From assembly GCA_951406725.2 (NCBI GenBank), contig OX597826.1:52204001-52268000 (forward strand): a stretch of 64,000 bases of DNA. The letters run 5' to 3'. Source of the stretch: Octopus vulgaris (taxonomy: Eukaryota). Under the pieces are notes generated by a model. It had not been told where the DNA came from. It made no database searches and worked only from the letters and a program-made list of their open reading frames with translations. The translations under genes were made by a program, and so were the position numbers. This document shows positions 27,213 through 40,430 of this stretch, piece after piece (position 1 is the first letter of the stretch; each line of letters begins with the position of its first letter).

Positions 27213-28859
27213 TACAATGACAATAATAATAACAATAGTAGTTTCTGATTTGCACAGAAGTCAAACAATTTTGAGGAAAAAGGATTCAATCGGTATCATT
27301 GACTCTAGTACATAACCAAATCTCACATCGGTAGGAATTGTATTCTGAAGTGCATTTTGCTTGACTTTTTAACGATTTTGCGAGTCAAAGTCCCCTTATA
27401 AATCTTTATATGAAGGTCACAATGCCAGGAAGTTTAACAGGAGAGAGTCAGCCGATTATATCAGCTTCGGTACTGAACTTGTATATTATATTATCAACCA
27501 CGGAATGTTGAAAAGTAAAATCGACCTTGGCGAATTTTGAATTCAGTTCGTAAAGAGGAGTAACTAAATATTGTAAGATACTTTGTCCGACTCTTGATCG
27601 ATTCCAAGTCTTAAATTTGGGTTGAGTGAGTAATCAATTAAATCTACACAAGTGTGTGATTGGTACTTTACTTATAGAACCCAGAAGAATGAAAGGTAAA
27701 GTCAAACTTGACAGAATTTGAACATTAAATAGAAGAATCTCTAACAAATTCCATAAACTACTTGTCCGACTCTCAAATTATTCCGAAAAAAAAAAAACAA
27801 AGCACAAAAAAACATAAGACTTTGGGAAAGAACTTCAAAGATAAAATGTATGGGAAAGCAACAAATCAGAAATAGTATTCGTATTATATTTAATTGATAA
27901 CATTGGCATACTGCATACATTAGATGACACCAGCATTACTACACTATGTAGAATTCTGCAAAGGAATACTGAATGGTGCTTTAAGGGATGACTTGTGAAT
28001 TTTTTTCTTCCTCATATGTTTCATCAAACTGTCTTATGTATATAAATAATACTGAAACGGAAAATTACGAATCAAGAATTCAGTCATGATGTAGACGAAT
28101 ACCGGGAAGAATTATATTATTATACCCCAACCGTCTGGAAATAGTTTAAAGATAAACGCTTGTGACCTCATCTAAATACTGTATGTCTTCTACAAATATC
28201 TTCGAATACTAGTCTTTGTATTTTTCTTTTTTCTTTTTTTCAAAGTCCTGAAGACATTGTAGAGCAAAAAAAAAAAATGAGTTTCAAACGAGCAAGCTTC
28301 GATCTCTAGTTGAAACTAATTTACTTGAATGTAATCGCACTATAGTCACCGAAAACACTCACGCATACACCACCACCACCACCACCACCGCCACTACTAC
28401 CATCATCATCATCAGCATTATCATCATCATCATTCCCTTCCACACATTCCAGTTTTATGTTTTTCTTCTTAACCGAAAATAAAGCAATGATTTTTTCTTT
28501 TTATTTGTTTTTCTACTGTTTCTCTTAGTGCTGAGCACTCTTATGCATAGAAGTCTATAGACATAAAGTTTTCTTCGTTTCAATCAATTGGTGAAGTTTG
28601 ATAAATCTTTCTTTGATGACCCAAGGGACTGCAGCCGTTCACGAAATGATTTCCAATCGTCAGTCATCTTTTAGAAATTCTATTGATGTATTTGAATTGT
28701 ACAACTTAAACAAGCAAAATTCTGCAGCAACTTTCATTGAATGTATGAGACATGTTTAGATAAATCGCCATTTGATAGTTATCATATGTAAAAAAAAAAA
28801 GAACAAAAAAAAACTTTTGAAAAGTTATTATTTTCACTATTTTTAATGAAATAGAATTA

Positions 28860-29423
28860 TTGGTTTGTCCGGAAAGTTCATGCCGATTTTTAAAGGAAAG
28901 ATAAAGGTCAATAAATACTTGCCATTACATTTTTAATCAACCAAATAGGAACCATTTGGTTGCACAATGCGTCTCCATCTTTCCTTTAACTTGAAAATAC
29001 CCTCTTCCCAGAATTGAAGTGGCTTCATGGCAAAGAATTCATCAAGGTATCTTTTTACGTCATTAAAGGAATTGAAATTTTTACCATTAAGACTATTCTG
29101 CAGAGACCTGAATAAGTGGAAATCCGAAGGAGCAATATCTGGTGAATATAGAGGGTGGGGTAACACATCCCAGCCGAGCTGCAGCAATTTTGTCTGGTTC
29201 CCAAAGCATCAAGTGCCGAAAATGAACTTTCTTATCTTCCATTTTAAAGGGTTACAGAATTAACACAGATTAGAGGAACATAAACCTTCTTCACGAAAAG
29301 ATAACTTAAACTGTGCTCTAAATGGAGGTGTAGTCAAATCCTATTTTATGGACTGAACCACGTTCTAAAATAAGCCGAAAGGTAAGCTACTATAAATCGG
29401 CATGAAGTTTCCGGACAACCCAA
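28860..29423 (-). mobile_element. Internally deleted mariner element
   Basis: ~30-bp TIRs ttggtttgtccggaaagttcatgccgattt / aaatcggcatgaagtttccggacaacccaa with TA TSD. C-terminal transposase HPLYSPDIAPSDFHLFRSL at 28933-29187. Confidence 0.93.
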
Positions 29424-30808
29424 TATAAGCAAAGTACCTCAAGATGACTATAAAGTAGAGGGTATTTCTTGTTTCAAGATTTTTCTAAATAGAAATATAA
29501 CCGAAATTCATCTTTGTTTCCATTTTCCGAGGAGGATCAAATAACATCCAGCTATATGTTGTTGCGGTTAATATATTTTTATCCCCAAGTCAGTCCTGAT
29601 AAAGTACAAAAATGATCAAAAGCGTCATGGCTATGTCCATCTAGTCTTCTTAACAGACAGTAAATTCATAAAATAGAGAGTGTGTAAAAACCTTAATAAC
29701 GTTATACTTTCAAATTTGTTTGCCAGCACATTTGATACCGAACGAGCAACCAGGTAAAAGCCAGTTTCTTCAAGGTTTAACACATTCATTTGTATATATA
29801 TATATATATATATATAAATGTGTGGCGTTAGCTAACGCCGAGGTGACTTTGCCTTTCATCCTTATCGATAAAACATCCAGTTACGCACTGCGCAATATTA
29901 TCGATCTTACATCGTTTGTCTGTCCTTGTTTGTCCTCACTGTGTTTAACCCCTTGTGGATAGTAAAGAAATAGGTATTTCGCCCGTCGCTACCGATCGGG
30001 GTCGATAAATTAAGTGCTGTGAAATTTGGGTGTCGATGTTTCACACAAATCGACTACGTCCCCTCCCCACCGAACCTCTCACCATTCAATTATCGGCCAT
30101 TGTGCTTATGAATATGAAAGGTGAATTATTTTAAACAGTAAAGGAGAAGGTTTGTCCTCATGTCTCTATTACTGATAAAGATGGCCATATGTTTACCTGA
30201 GAATCAATAGGTGAAAGGATAATAGATTTCTTCAAGTTACATACAAAGAAATCATATCAAGTGTTTCATTGCTTAGACAGTGATATGACTTTGTAACTGA
30301 TGAAAGGGTTTCTGACCATACATAGAAATGTTATACTATAAAGCTACAACGTACCAGCTGGTTGGCACATTTTCTCTTAAACTTCACACAAAACATTATT
30401 CAACCGGTAAAAAACACTGGTCATTAAAACAAATTTATTGTATTTTTTTATAGATTACTTTACGAATTCAAAGAAATTAGTATTGGCTGAAATGAGGGTT
30501 CATACTCTTTCCGTTTCTAGTTTTACACAATTTTTACTCATACCATACACACATTTACACACATGAACATCTACACGCACACACACGTACGTACACACAT
30601 ATATGTATGTATTGGACCCACTGTGCTGTTGATTTTCTTTTCTCTTTTAAATGATCTCTTAAGCTTTAATCAATTCCCTTTCATTCAATCAGCTTATCAT
30701 CTTTGTCCTTTCTTCTTCTTCTTTTCCTTCTGCATTTACTTGTAAATTTTACATACATATACATACACACACACATCACACACACACACACACACACAAA
30801 CACACAAA

Positions 30809-30839
<31 letters not shown>

Positions 30840-31053
30840 CATACATATGTATATATGTCGGAATGTAATTGTATATATGTATACGTGTATATATGCATAT
30901 GCGTTTATGTCTATATATTGGTAAGTAGTTGTTTATATTTGTATGTGTATATAAATATATATACAGTACATATGCACGCATCTGCATACGCATGGCATGT
31001 ATATATATATATATATATATATATACATACATTTATATATATATATATATATA

Positions 31054-31089
<36 letters not shown>

Positions 31090-32627
31090 TGTGCGTGTGT
31101 GTATTCGTATGTATTGATGTCTAATTTGATATCTAGCTAGGTTATACAGATATAATGGGTAAAAATCATAGATGGATAAAAATTAAAGAAAAATTACTTT
31201 CCTGAATGTGTAAATATCTCACACTTTACAGACAGAATTAGAATCAGAATATTATTGATTAAGCTATTTTACTTTACTGCTATACGAATATACAGATATG
31301 CAGGTGATGGGCATGTGTATCCTCGTGGGAAACTAATACATAGCTGTGAAGGCTATAGGCTTGTGTCGGTCACTGCCTGGGAGACTAATACATAGATATG
31401 TATGCAGGTTAAGGCAATAAAATTAGCCACAGTATTTCCAAGGGCGACAGAGATCGATGGTGCGTTACGAAGAGAAACAGGATTTCAGCTTACAGTACTG
31501 AGAGATGGAGCCAGAGGCATCTCAACTACATAAATAGGGGTGCGTATAGGTGATATGTTGCGAACTGGAGAGAAATAGGTCGGCAGTGCTCTATCTCATG
31601 CTGTAGTGAAAACTGAGCTCGGTTTTTGAAAGGAAGATGTCAGGTGTATTGCATTTAGACATCTCCAACAGAAAACACGAATGGAACGTGATTCAATATT
31701 GATATGAGTAAAAGATGCTTCTGGTGGGATGTCAATGCGAAATCAACTCTTTTTGCAGAGTCATATGTCGGCGTAAAGATTCAATATTGATACGCACACA
31801 ACCAGATGGCAACTTCACAAACGGGATGTCAACAAAACGACCAATCATTTTTTGAAAGCAGTCAACTGTCGGTAACAATTGGAGACAACAACAGATAGTA
31901 AACGACTCCGGATGTTGCCTTAATGTCATCGGCTTAGGCGGATTATGAAAATCCAAACTTAGATTTCAAAAGTCGGGAATTCATAACTAGCACCGGCAGA
32001 GTGGAGGGGATGGGGCTGAGTTGATGATACGCTAGAACAGACACACACACACACACACACACACAAGCTGTATTGATACGCGTGCACATATAAAGATACA
32101 CCAGATGAAAAGTATGCAATAAAAGGAGCTACAGTAGACACGAAGCGAGAATGTATACGTGGAGGTTAGATGTGTGACGAAAGATTTCCGGACTAGAGTC
32201 GAACTCTTGTCAAGATTCTAATAGTGAACGACTAAGAACAAATACATACGTTTACTTCTGAAAAACAACGATATTATTGTACGAGCTGGCAGGAAACGTT
32301 CACGCAATATCTGTTTAACATACGGTTTCACATCAGAGTTCCTTGCAGCACAAATGTCTATATACCGAGGTCGACTAGATTCCTTCATAACATGAGACTT
32401 TAAGTAGGTCGATATTATAAAATACGACTTGTATCTCAAACCATCTTTCAGTATCTGAGTTGAGTTGCCGTCTCGCAGACTTTGACATGTTTTCTGTTCT
32501 TTTGTTCTAGTGAAATAGGTATTATTGCATGAGAAAGTAAAGGGAGAGAATATGTCTATTTAAGAGTGCTGTCTGGTCAATACCGTAACTGAGAGAACGA
32601 AGCTATAAACACTGCAGCTGCTGCTGT

Positions 32628-32923
<296 letters not shown>

Positions 32924-33769
32924 TCTTCCTTTCATCCTTTAACAATTCATTGATTTAATACCATAGATTAAAACAAAACCAACCAAATTTCATATGCGAG
33001 TTCACAAATAAATAGACAAATGAGAAAAAAACTGGTTTAACTCACAGCATCTGACAATTATTAAGTATTCATAATTGGAAAAATAAAAATTGAATACTAA
33101 GCATTTATGGAACAAAAAACGCAAAGAAACATTAAAACGTTCACAGATAACCACCGAACAAGAACAACAGAAACAACAATTAGAAGGACAGGCAAAAAAA
33201 ACATAATTCTTGGCTTATCTGTCTTCATTTAAGTACCAGAAGCAGTCCATGCAGGTATGTATGTACAAATTACGGCATTAAAGCTTGTTATCTTTCAACT
33301 ACCTTGTTTCAATCATTCGACTGCGGCACGCCTGGGTCACCACCGTTGTTACATGTATTCGATAATTCGATCCTATCGCGTAATTCTATACTCGGTGCCT
33401 GCAATCGTTTATATAATTGATCGTTGTTACATCATCATCCTCCTTTCATAACAACCTCTATCCAGCTAATAAGGAAATTAGCGCGGTTTTCCTTCCACTT
33501 CCTACGGATTCTACATCATCATGATCATGATTAGGATCAAGATCAGGATCATGATCGTCGTCGTCGTCGTCATCACCATCGCCATCGCCATCGCCATCGT
33601 TCTCTGCTACTATTTGATTAATAATTTTATCATTATCGTTATTATTGTTGTTGTTGTTGTTGTCGTTGTTGTTGTTGCTGTTGTCGTTGGTGATGGTGTC
33701 ATTGTTGTTGCTGTCTTCGTCGCAGTATTTAGAAATGTAGGAAAATATTTTTTGCTATTTATGATTATC

Positions 33770-33835
33770 ACCATCACAATCCCCTTCCTTTTCCTCCACC
33801 TCCTCTTCCTCCTCCTCATCGTCATCATTGTAATC

Positions 33836-33867
<32 letters not shown>

Positions 33868-33876
33868 CATCACCAC

Positions 33877-33911
<35 letters not shown>

Positions 33912-33972
33912 CCATCACCATCATCATCATCACCATCACCATCATCATCATCATCATTATAATCACCATCAC

Positions 33973-34028
<56 letters not shown>

Positions 34029-34085
34029 CCACCATCACCATCATCATCATCATCACCATCACCACCATCATCATCATCATCATCA
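33770..34085. repeat. (CAT)n/(CAC) trinucleotide array
   Basis: Direct. Source of the poly-I, poly-M and poly-D ORFs. Confidence 0.95.
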
Positions 34086-34718
34086 AGATGGCGATCTGAC
34101 AGAATCGGTAGCACACCGAGCCAAAAAGGCTTGTGGGGGTGGGGGCATTTCTGAGTTCAAATTCCATCGAGTTTTGATTTGGTCTTTCATCTTTTCGGGG
34201 TCAATAAAATAAGTACCATTTGAACTTTGGAATCGATATAATCGACTTACCCGCTTCCTCGAAATTGCTGGCCTTGTGTTAAAATTTGAAATCATCATCA
34301 TCATCGTCGTCCTTGTTTTTGTTGCTATTATTATTACTATTGCCATTGTTGTTGTCGCTGTTGTTTTTGTTATCGACATTATCTTGGTACTGTTTATGAC
34401 GATATCATCGCCGTTAACATTATTAGCATTATACAAAATTTTCATTAACATTCTTTAATTTAGTTTGTTTTCTCACTCAATTGAAGCAGGTTTATTTAAG
34501 GGTTGAAGGTTGAAAAAAGGGTCGAATTAATCAAATCTTGTATTAGTTCTCCGCTTAATTGTCATTTAGATGAACTGAAATGTTCAAGCTATAAACAGCA
34601 GTCTTTTTTTTTATGGATTTTCTGCTAAAGCATTTAAAGTGGCGAATATTTTACTATTAAAATATTGAACAAATCGTTCCCAATTTGTTTTATCATATCT
34701 AAAACGATAGTACATACA

Positions 34719-34748
<30 letters not shown>

Positions 34749-34749
<1 letters not shown>

Positions 34750-34977
34750 TGGTAAAAACTGTAAGACAACAAAAGAAAGAAAGAGACCTCAATATTATGT
34801 AAATAGAAGAAATTTATCGGTAAAATAATATGTCACAATTATTCAATAGCCATGCAAAGGTGGAAATCCACAACACCATCTCTTTGGTTATCTGGCCATA
34901 TGACCGAAGAGATGGTGTTGTGGATTTCCACCTCTGCATCCGAAACTCAGAGTTTTATCTTGGCTATTCAATAATTG

Positions 34978-34981
<4 letters not shown>
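34749..34981. mobile_element. Small head-to-head insertion of HHR-like (Penelope-type terminal) fragments in (TA)n
   Basis: ~40-bp near-perfect arms around tggcca (34893-34898). Right arm reads CCGAAGA-GATG..CATC-C-GAAA-CTCAGAG-TT-TTATC. (TA)n on both sides. Confidence 0.55.
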
Positions 34982-35064
<83 letters not shown>

Positions 35065-35077
35065 CATGCACACACAA

Positions 35078-35192
<115 letters not shown>

Positions 35193-35212
35193 TGTATGTA
35201 TGTATGTATGTA

Positions 35213-36462
35213 TTGGGTTGCCAAGGAAGTAATTTCGGGTTTTCAGTGTGAAATAAAAATAATTTTTTTTTATACAAAGAATTCTGTTCGATGACCTTTT
35301 GGTATCTTTCTGGCAACTTCCTGATTCGCGTTCATACAGCTTCAGGTCCTTATCAGCTAAAAACTGAAGCAAGTGCGATTTCAGGTCATCATCATTATTG
35401 AAATTTTTACCATTCAAAGAATTTAGCAAACATCCAAACGCATGGTAATCTGATGGTGCAAGGTTAGGACCGTATGGTGGATATGTCATCTCTTCCCAAC
35501 CAAGCTCCAATCATTTTTTATGAGTTAGCTAATGCGTGTGTGGTCCTGCGTTGTCATTGTGGAACACGATTCCTTTACGATTTACCAATTCTGGCCGTTT
35601 TTCTTTGAAGTCTTCCTCTAGTTTCATTAGTTGTTGGCAGTAAACATCTTAATTGATTGTTTGGTTCCTTGGAAGCAGCTCAAATTACACAGCATTTTTG
35701 TAATCCCACCAATTTGACAGCATGACCTGTTTTTGATGCAGTTCAGTTCTCGATGTGGTTTGTTCTGGTTCATTACACATGGACTATGATCGTTCTCGAC
35801 AGATGTTATTGAATAAACAATCCATTTTTCATCAGTAGTGATGATTCGTTTCAGAAAAGGTCGATTTCATTGCGTTTCAAATGCATATCGCAAATATTGA
35901 TTCGTTGTGTTAAGTGAATCACTTTCAACTTATGTGGAACCCAAATATTGATCTTCTTAATTAGTCTAAGACATTTTAAGTGATTTTCAATTGTTGTGTG
36001 TGAGACATTTAACCTCCCTTCAATCTCTCGCACAGTTATATGACAATGAGATTTAATATGGCTTTGATTCGTCCATCAACTTCAGTAGGTCGACCAGAAC
36101 GTTGGTCATCTTTGAGTGAAAAATCTTCAGAACGGAATTTTTAAAAACATTTCTGACATGTGCGTTCTGTTAAGCAATCAATACCATAAACTTCACACAC
36201 TTCTTTGTGAGCCTCAGCAGTTTTCTTGCCTTTACGGAAATCGAAAAGCAAAATATGGCGAAAATGTTCGTTTTTTTTTTCATTCCATGTTAAAATTGAC
36301 ACTGAACTAACACTTGTAAACAAAATTACGCGCAATTTGCTTCTAAAAGTAACGGCTATCAAATGTCAAAAGGAAAAAAATCATAACGTTGACAAACATC
36401 ATTCACACAAATTGTAACGCTATCTATTTGTAAAAGACGAAATTACTTTCTTGCCAACCCAA
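35213..36462 (-). mobile_element. Full-length (1.25 kb) mariner with disrupted transposase
   Basis: TIRs ttgggttgccaaggaagtaatttcg / cgaaattactttcttgccaacccaa with TA TSD. Motifs EHFRHILLF, WVPHKL and [12 protein letters not shown] in broken frames. Confidence 0.95.
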
Positions 36463-36695
36463 TATATATATATATATATATATAATCAATATAGGGTGGC
36501 AAAAAAATTTTTGTAGAATTCTTTTGCCACCAGCGGCCTAGTAGGAAAAAATTAAATAGTCATAAACCATTTTTACGTTCAACATCACAATCAGTGAACG
36601 GCCATAATAGGCCATTCACTAATACTAGAAATAATTAACCGCAAAATAACATTAATACCGTAAACTGGAGAAAATTGAAAAACTTTTACCCTGTA

Positions 36696-36801
36696 ATTTT
36701 TAGACGATGCACCGTTTCATCTACCGTTTAATGGTAAACTAACCTGATTAAATTAAATCAAGTTAATCCACCATAGGCCCTTAGACTCATCAGTAAGAAA
36801 T
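36696..36801 (-). ncRNA. Type I hammerhead ribozyme, minus-arm copy with 1-nt deletion in stem I
   Basis: tcatcag at 36787-36793 and gacgatgcaccgtttc at 36703-36718 are the reverse complement of an intact core. Confidence 0.75.
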
Positions 36802-37257
36802 AGCCAAATCGGAACAGATATTTTTCACGAGGCATTCCTCTGCTAATTCGGCAATATCTGACCTAAAATTTTTCAAATGTCGCACTCGCGCCAAATTTAT
36901 GGCAGCAAATAAACCACCGATTTCGTTACGGAATTCAACCAGAAATTCATAATTAATCAATATAGTAGCGGCAAAATTTTTGTAGAATTCTTTGCCACCA
37001 GCGGCCTAGTAGGAAAAAATTAAATAGTCATAAACCATTTTTACGTTCAACATCACAATCAAGGGAACGGCCATTACATAGGCCATTCACCCACTAGAAA
37101 TAACAGCAAAAAAGCTTTAACCGCAAAAATAACATTAATACCGTAAACCAGGAGAAAATTGAAAAACTTTTACCCTGACGATTTGAAAATTTTAGGTCAG
37201 ATATTGCCGAGGTAGCAAGAGGAATGCCTCGTGAAAAATATCTGTTCCGATTTGGCT

Positions 37258-37364
37258 ATTTCTTACTGATGAGTCTAAGGGCCTATGGTGGATTGGCTTG
37301 ATTTAATTTAATCAGGTTAGTTTACCATTAAACGGTAGATGAAACGGTGCATCGTCTAAGAAAT
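37258..37364 (+). ncRNA. Type I hammerhead ribozyme, predicted cleavage after GUC at 37356
   Basis: Stem I ATTTCTTA/TAAGAAAT. Core CTGATGA at 37266-72. Stem II GTCTA/TAGAT with long hairpin insert. GAAA at 37341-44. Stem III ACGG-TGCA-TCGT, then C17. Confidence 0.92.
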
Positions 37365-37742
37365 TACAGGGTAAAAGTTTTTCAATTTTCTCCTGGTTTA
37401 CGGTATTAATGTTATTTTGCGGTTAAAGCTTTTGGCTGTTATTTCTAGTGGGTGAATGGCCTATTATGGCCGTTCCTTGATTGTGATGTTGAACGTAAAA
37501 ATGGTTTATGACTATTTAATTTTTTCCTACTAGGCCGCTGGTGGCAAAAGAATTCTACAAAAATTTTTTTGCCACCCTATATTGATTAATTATGAATTTT
37601 CTGGTTAGTTCCGTAACGGAATCGGTGGTTTATTTGCTGCCGATAAATTTGGCGCGAGTGCGACGATTTGAAAATTTTAGGTCAGATATTGCCGAGGTAG
37701 CAAGAGGAATGCCTCGTGAAAAATATCTGTTCCGATTTGGCT

Positions 37743-37849
37743 ATTTCTTACTGATGAGTCTAAGGGCCTATGGTGGATTGGCTTGATTTAATTTAATCAG
37801 GTTAGTTTACCATTAAACGGTAGATGAAACGGTGCATCGTCTAAGAAAT
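37743..37849 (+). ncRNA. Type I hammerhead ribozyme, predicted cleavage after 37841
   Basis: Same sequence as 37258-37364, 485 bp downstream. Confidence 0.92.
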
Positions 37850-37967
37850 TACAGGGTAAAAGTTTTTCAATTTTCTCCTGGTTTACGGTATTAATGTTAT
37901 TTTGCGGTTAAAGCTTTTGGCTGTTATTTCTAGTGGGTGAATGGCCTATTATGGCCGTTCCTTGATT

Positions 37968-38003
<36 letters not shown>

Positions 38004-38057
38004 CTGAAATGCTCTGCCTTCATCTGTGGAATATACTCAGAAAGCACATAAACACAA

Positions 38058-38083
<26 letters not shown>

Positions 38084-38089
<6 letters not shown>

Positions 38090-38220
38090 GATATGATTAC
38101 ATATACGAACGTATACATACATATAAATGCACGTATGCACACGACCTATTTAATTTAAACTGGTCGTGTGCATACATGCATTTATATGTATGTATACGTT
38201 CGTATATGCAAGTATATCGT

Positions 38221-38224
<4 letters not shown>
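38084..38224. repeat. ~140-bp hairpin, centre of an older fold-back with outer arms at 38006-38052 and 49648-49695
   Basis: catatacgaacgtatacatacatataaatgcacgtatgcacacgacc / ggtcgtgtgcatacatgcatttatatgtatgtatacgttcgtatatg. Confidence 0.9.
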
Positions 38225-38258
<34 letters not shown>

Positions 38259-38333
38259 TTGAGTTGTGGGGTATCGCACGAGTGGGATTATATATGAAAA
38301 AAGGTTTGAAAATGCAATTTAAACGATGTTTAT

Positions 38334-38379
38334 TTACTTAACCGGTTTCACTCTTTGTTAAAAAGATTGTCAAAAGTAA
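38334..38379 (-). ncRNA. Minimal variant hammerhead motif of the PLE pseudo-LTR
   Basis: Same as 49543-49588 on the opposite strand. Partial third copy at 44161-44203. Confidence 0.55.
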
Positions 38380-39144
38380 CATTGAATATTATGGGTTCAA
38401 AAAAAGTTTTTTACATAATTGTCACATTGAATATTATGAATTCAAAAATGTTTTTTTATACATAATTGTCACATTACATGTATAAATATAGTATAAAAAA
38501 GTTCAATAGTGTGATGAGAATATTTGGAAAAATTGGCAGAAAAGAATAAAACAAATATATTATTGGAAATTTGGTTGCGTTAATTATTGGTTGTCGCAAA
38601 TTGTCACATTACATGTATATATATACAGTCTTTGGTAGAAATGACATGTTAAAGACATAAGGAAGTGTAATAGTTTGGTGAGAAAGCTTGTAATATTGAC
38701 AGAGAAAATTAAAATGGATATTTTAGACATCTCAGAATATTTTGAATCGAAGGCGAGAATTTGTTTTTTACTGACCTGTTTGTTTTAGCAGAAAAGTTGA
38801 ATTGAGAGAAAAAAAGATATGTACCCAATTTGGTTTATACTTCCCCTTCAAGCATCAGTGACTTTGGGGTTATTGGGAGGTGAGTATGCGGGTGTGAATA
38901 GATGTGTCCGTGTGCCTGCTGGTCAGACAGCGTCTGTTTGTCACACACATATATAACACACACACACACAACAACAATACACACACACACATAGTATACA
39001 CACACACACCACATACACACAACACACACACACACAGAACACACACACACACAACGCACCCACATATATAATATATACACACAGCACACAAATATAACAT
39101 GTATTTATATATAATATACACACATATATAAAACATACACACAC

Positions 39145-39194
<50 letters not shown>

Positions 39195-40430
39195 TATATA
39201 CATAATATAAATATCACACAAATACACCTAGCATATATATACACATACAATACACATACACAGCATGTATATAATACACATACACAATATATGCATGCAA
39301 TATACATACGCAATACATACATATAATATATATATATATAGAGACAATGCATATACATATATACATATATACATATAAATAGTGTTTACATACACATACA
39401 TAGATATACCACATATACACACAATATACATACATACAATGCATACACATACACGTACGCATACATATAAAATATATAGACACACACACACATAACATAC
39501 ATACACAATGCATACATATATATACACGCAACGTATATACATGTATTCATGTATATATAGCACACTTACAATATACATATATACAATGCACACATACACA
39601 CATATATACACTTAATTGTACACATACATATACAATACACATACATACAATATACATATACACAATGCGCATGCAAATAATGCACATGTTTATACACCCA
39701 TATACATGAAAATATATATACACACACACACATACACACACACATATATATATATACACATATATATATATATATACACATATACATACATACATACATA
39801 CATGCACATACATATATTTTTTCACACACATACACACACATATATATATAAATTCACACACACACCCACACACACAAATACAAACCTATAGTGTACACAC
39901 TCAAATATATCTCTACATACCGCACACACACACAAACAATGTACTCACATATACACACATACCATGCATATACACACACAGCACACACACATATATATAT
40001 ATATATATATAAACAAATACACATGTAAATACATACACTCGTACACAATGCTCACACACACACACATACACACACACACGCACACAGTGCACACACACAC
40101 ACATATATACACACGTGCACACACACACACAACGCGCGCACACACACACACATACACACACGCACACAGTGCACACACACACACACACATAAACACACGC
40201 GCACACACACACACACAACGTGCACACTCACACACACACACACAACACTCACACACATACATAACCTACATATATATAATGCATGCGTGTGCGTGCCACG
40301 TATGTGTGCGGTCAATGCCCGCTAGTGTGTCCTATGCGTGCCGATGCGCGCATGTGCCCACCCGCACGATATGCTGTGAGTGTGTGCGCGCCCCTGTGTG
40401 TCTGCTCTGGATGTGTGCCCAGGGGGTATG

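Larger units (their letters stand above)
36483..37972. mobile_element. Non-autonomous HHR retroelement (retrozyme-like): 485-bp monomer, ~1.4 copies minus plus ~1.6 copies plus, head-to-head
   Basis: Unit repeats at 37177 and 37662 (485 bp). 36483-37177 is the reverse complement of the same unit. One HHR per monomer, no real ORF, both ends in (TA)n. Confidence 0.9.

Noticed and set aside
37592-37786. 64-aa ORF in the 485-bp repeat
   Set aside because: Short, no motif, and disrupted by indels in the minus-arm copy. The unit is better explained as structured RNA.
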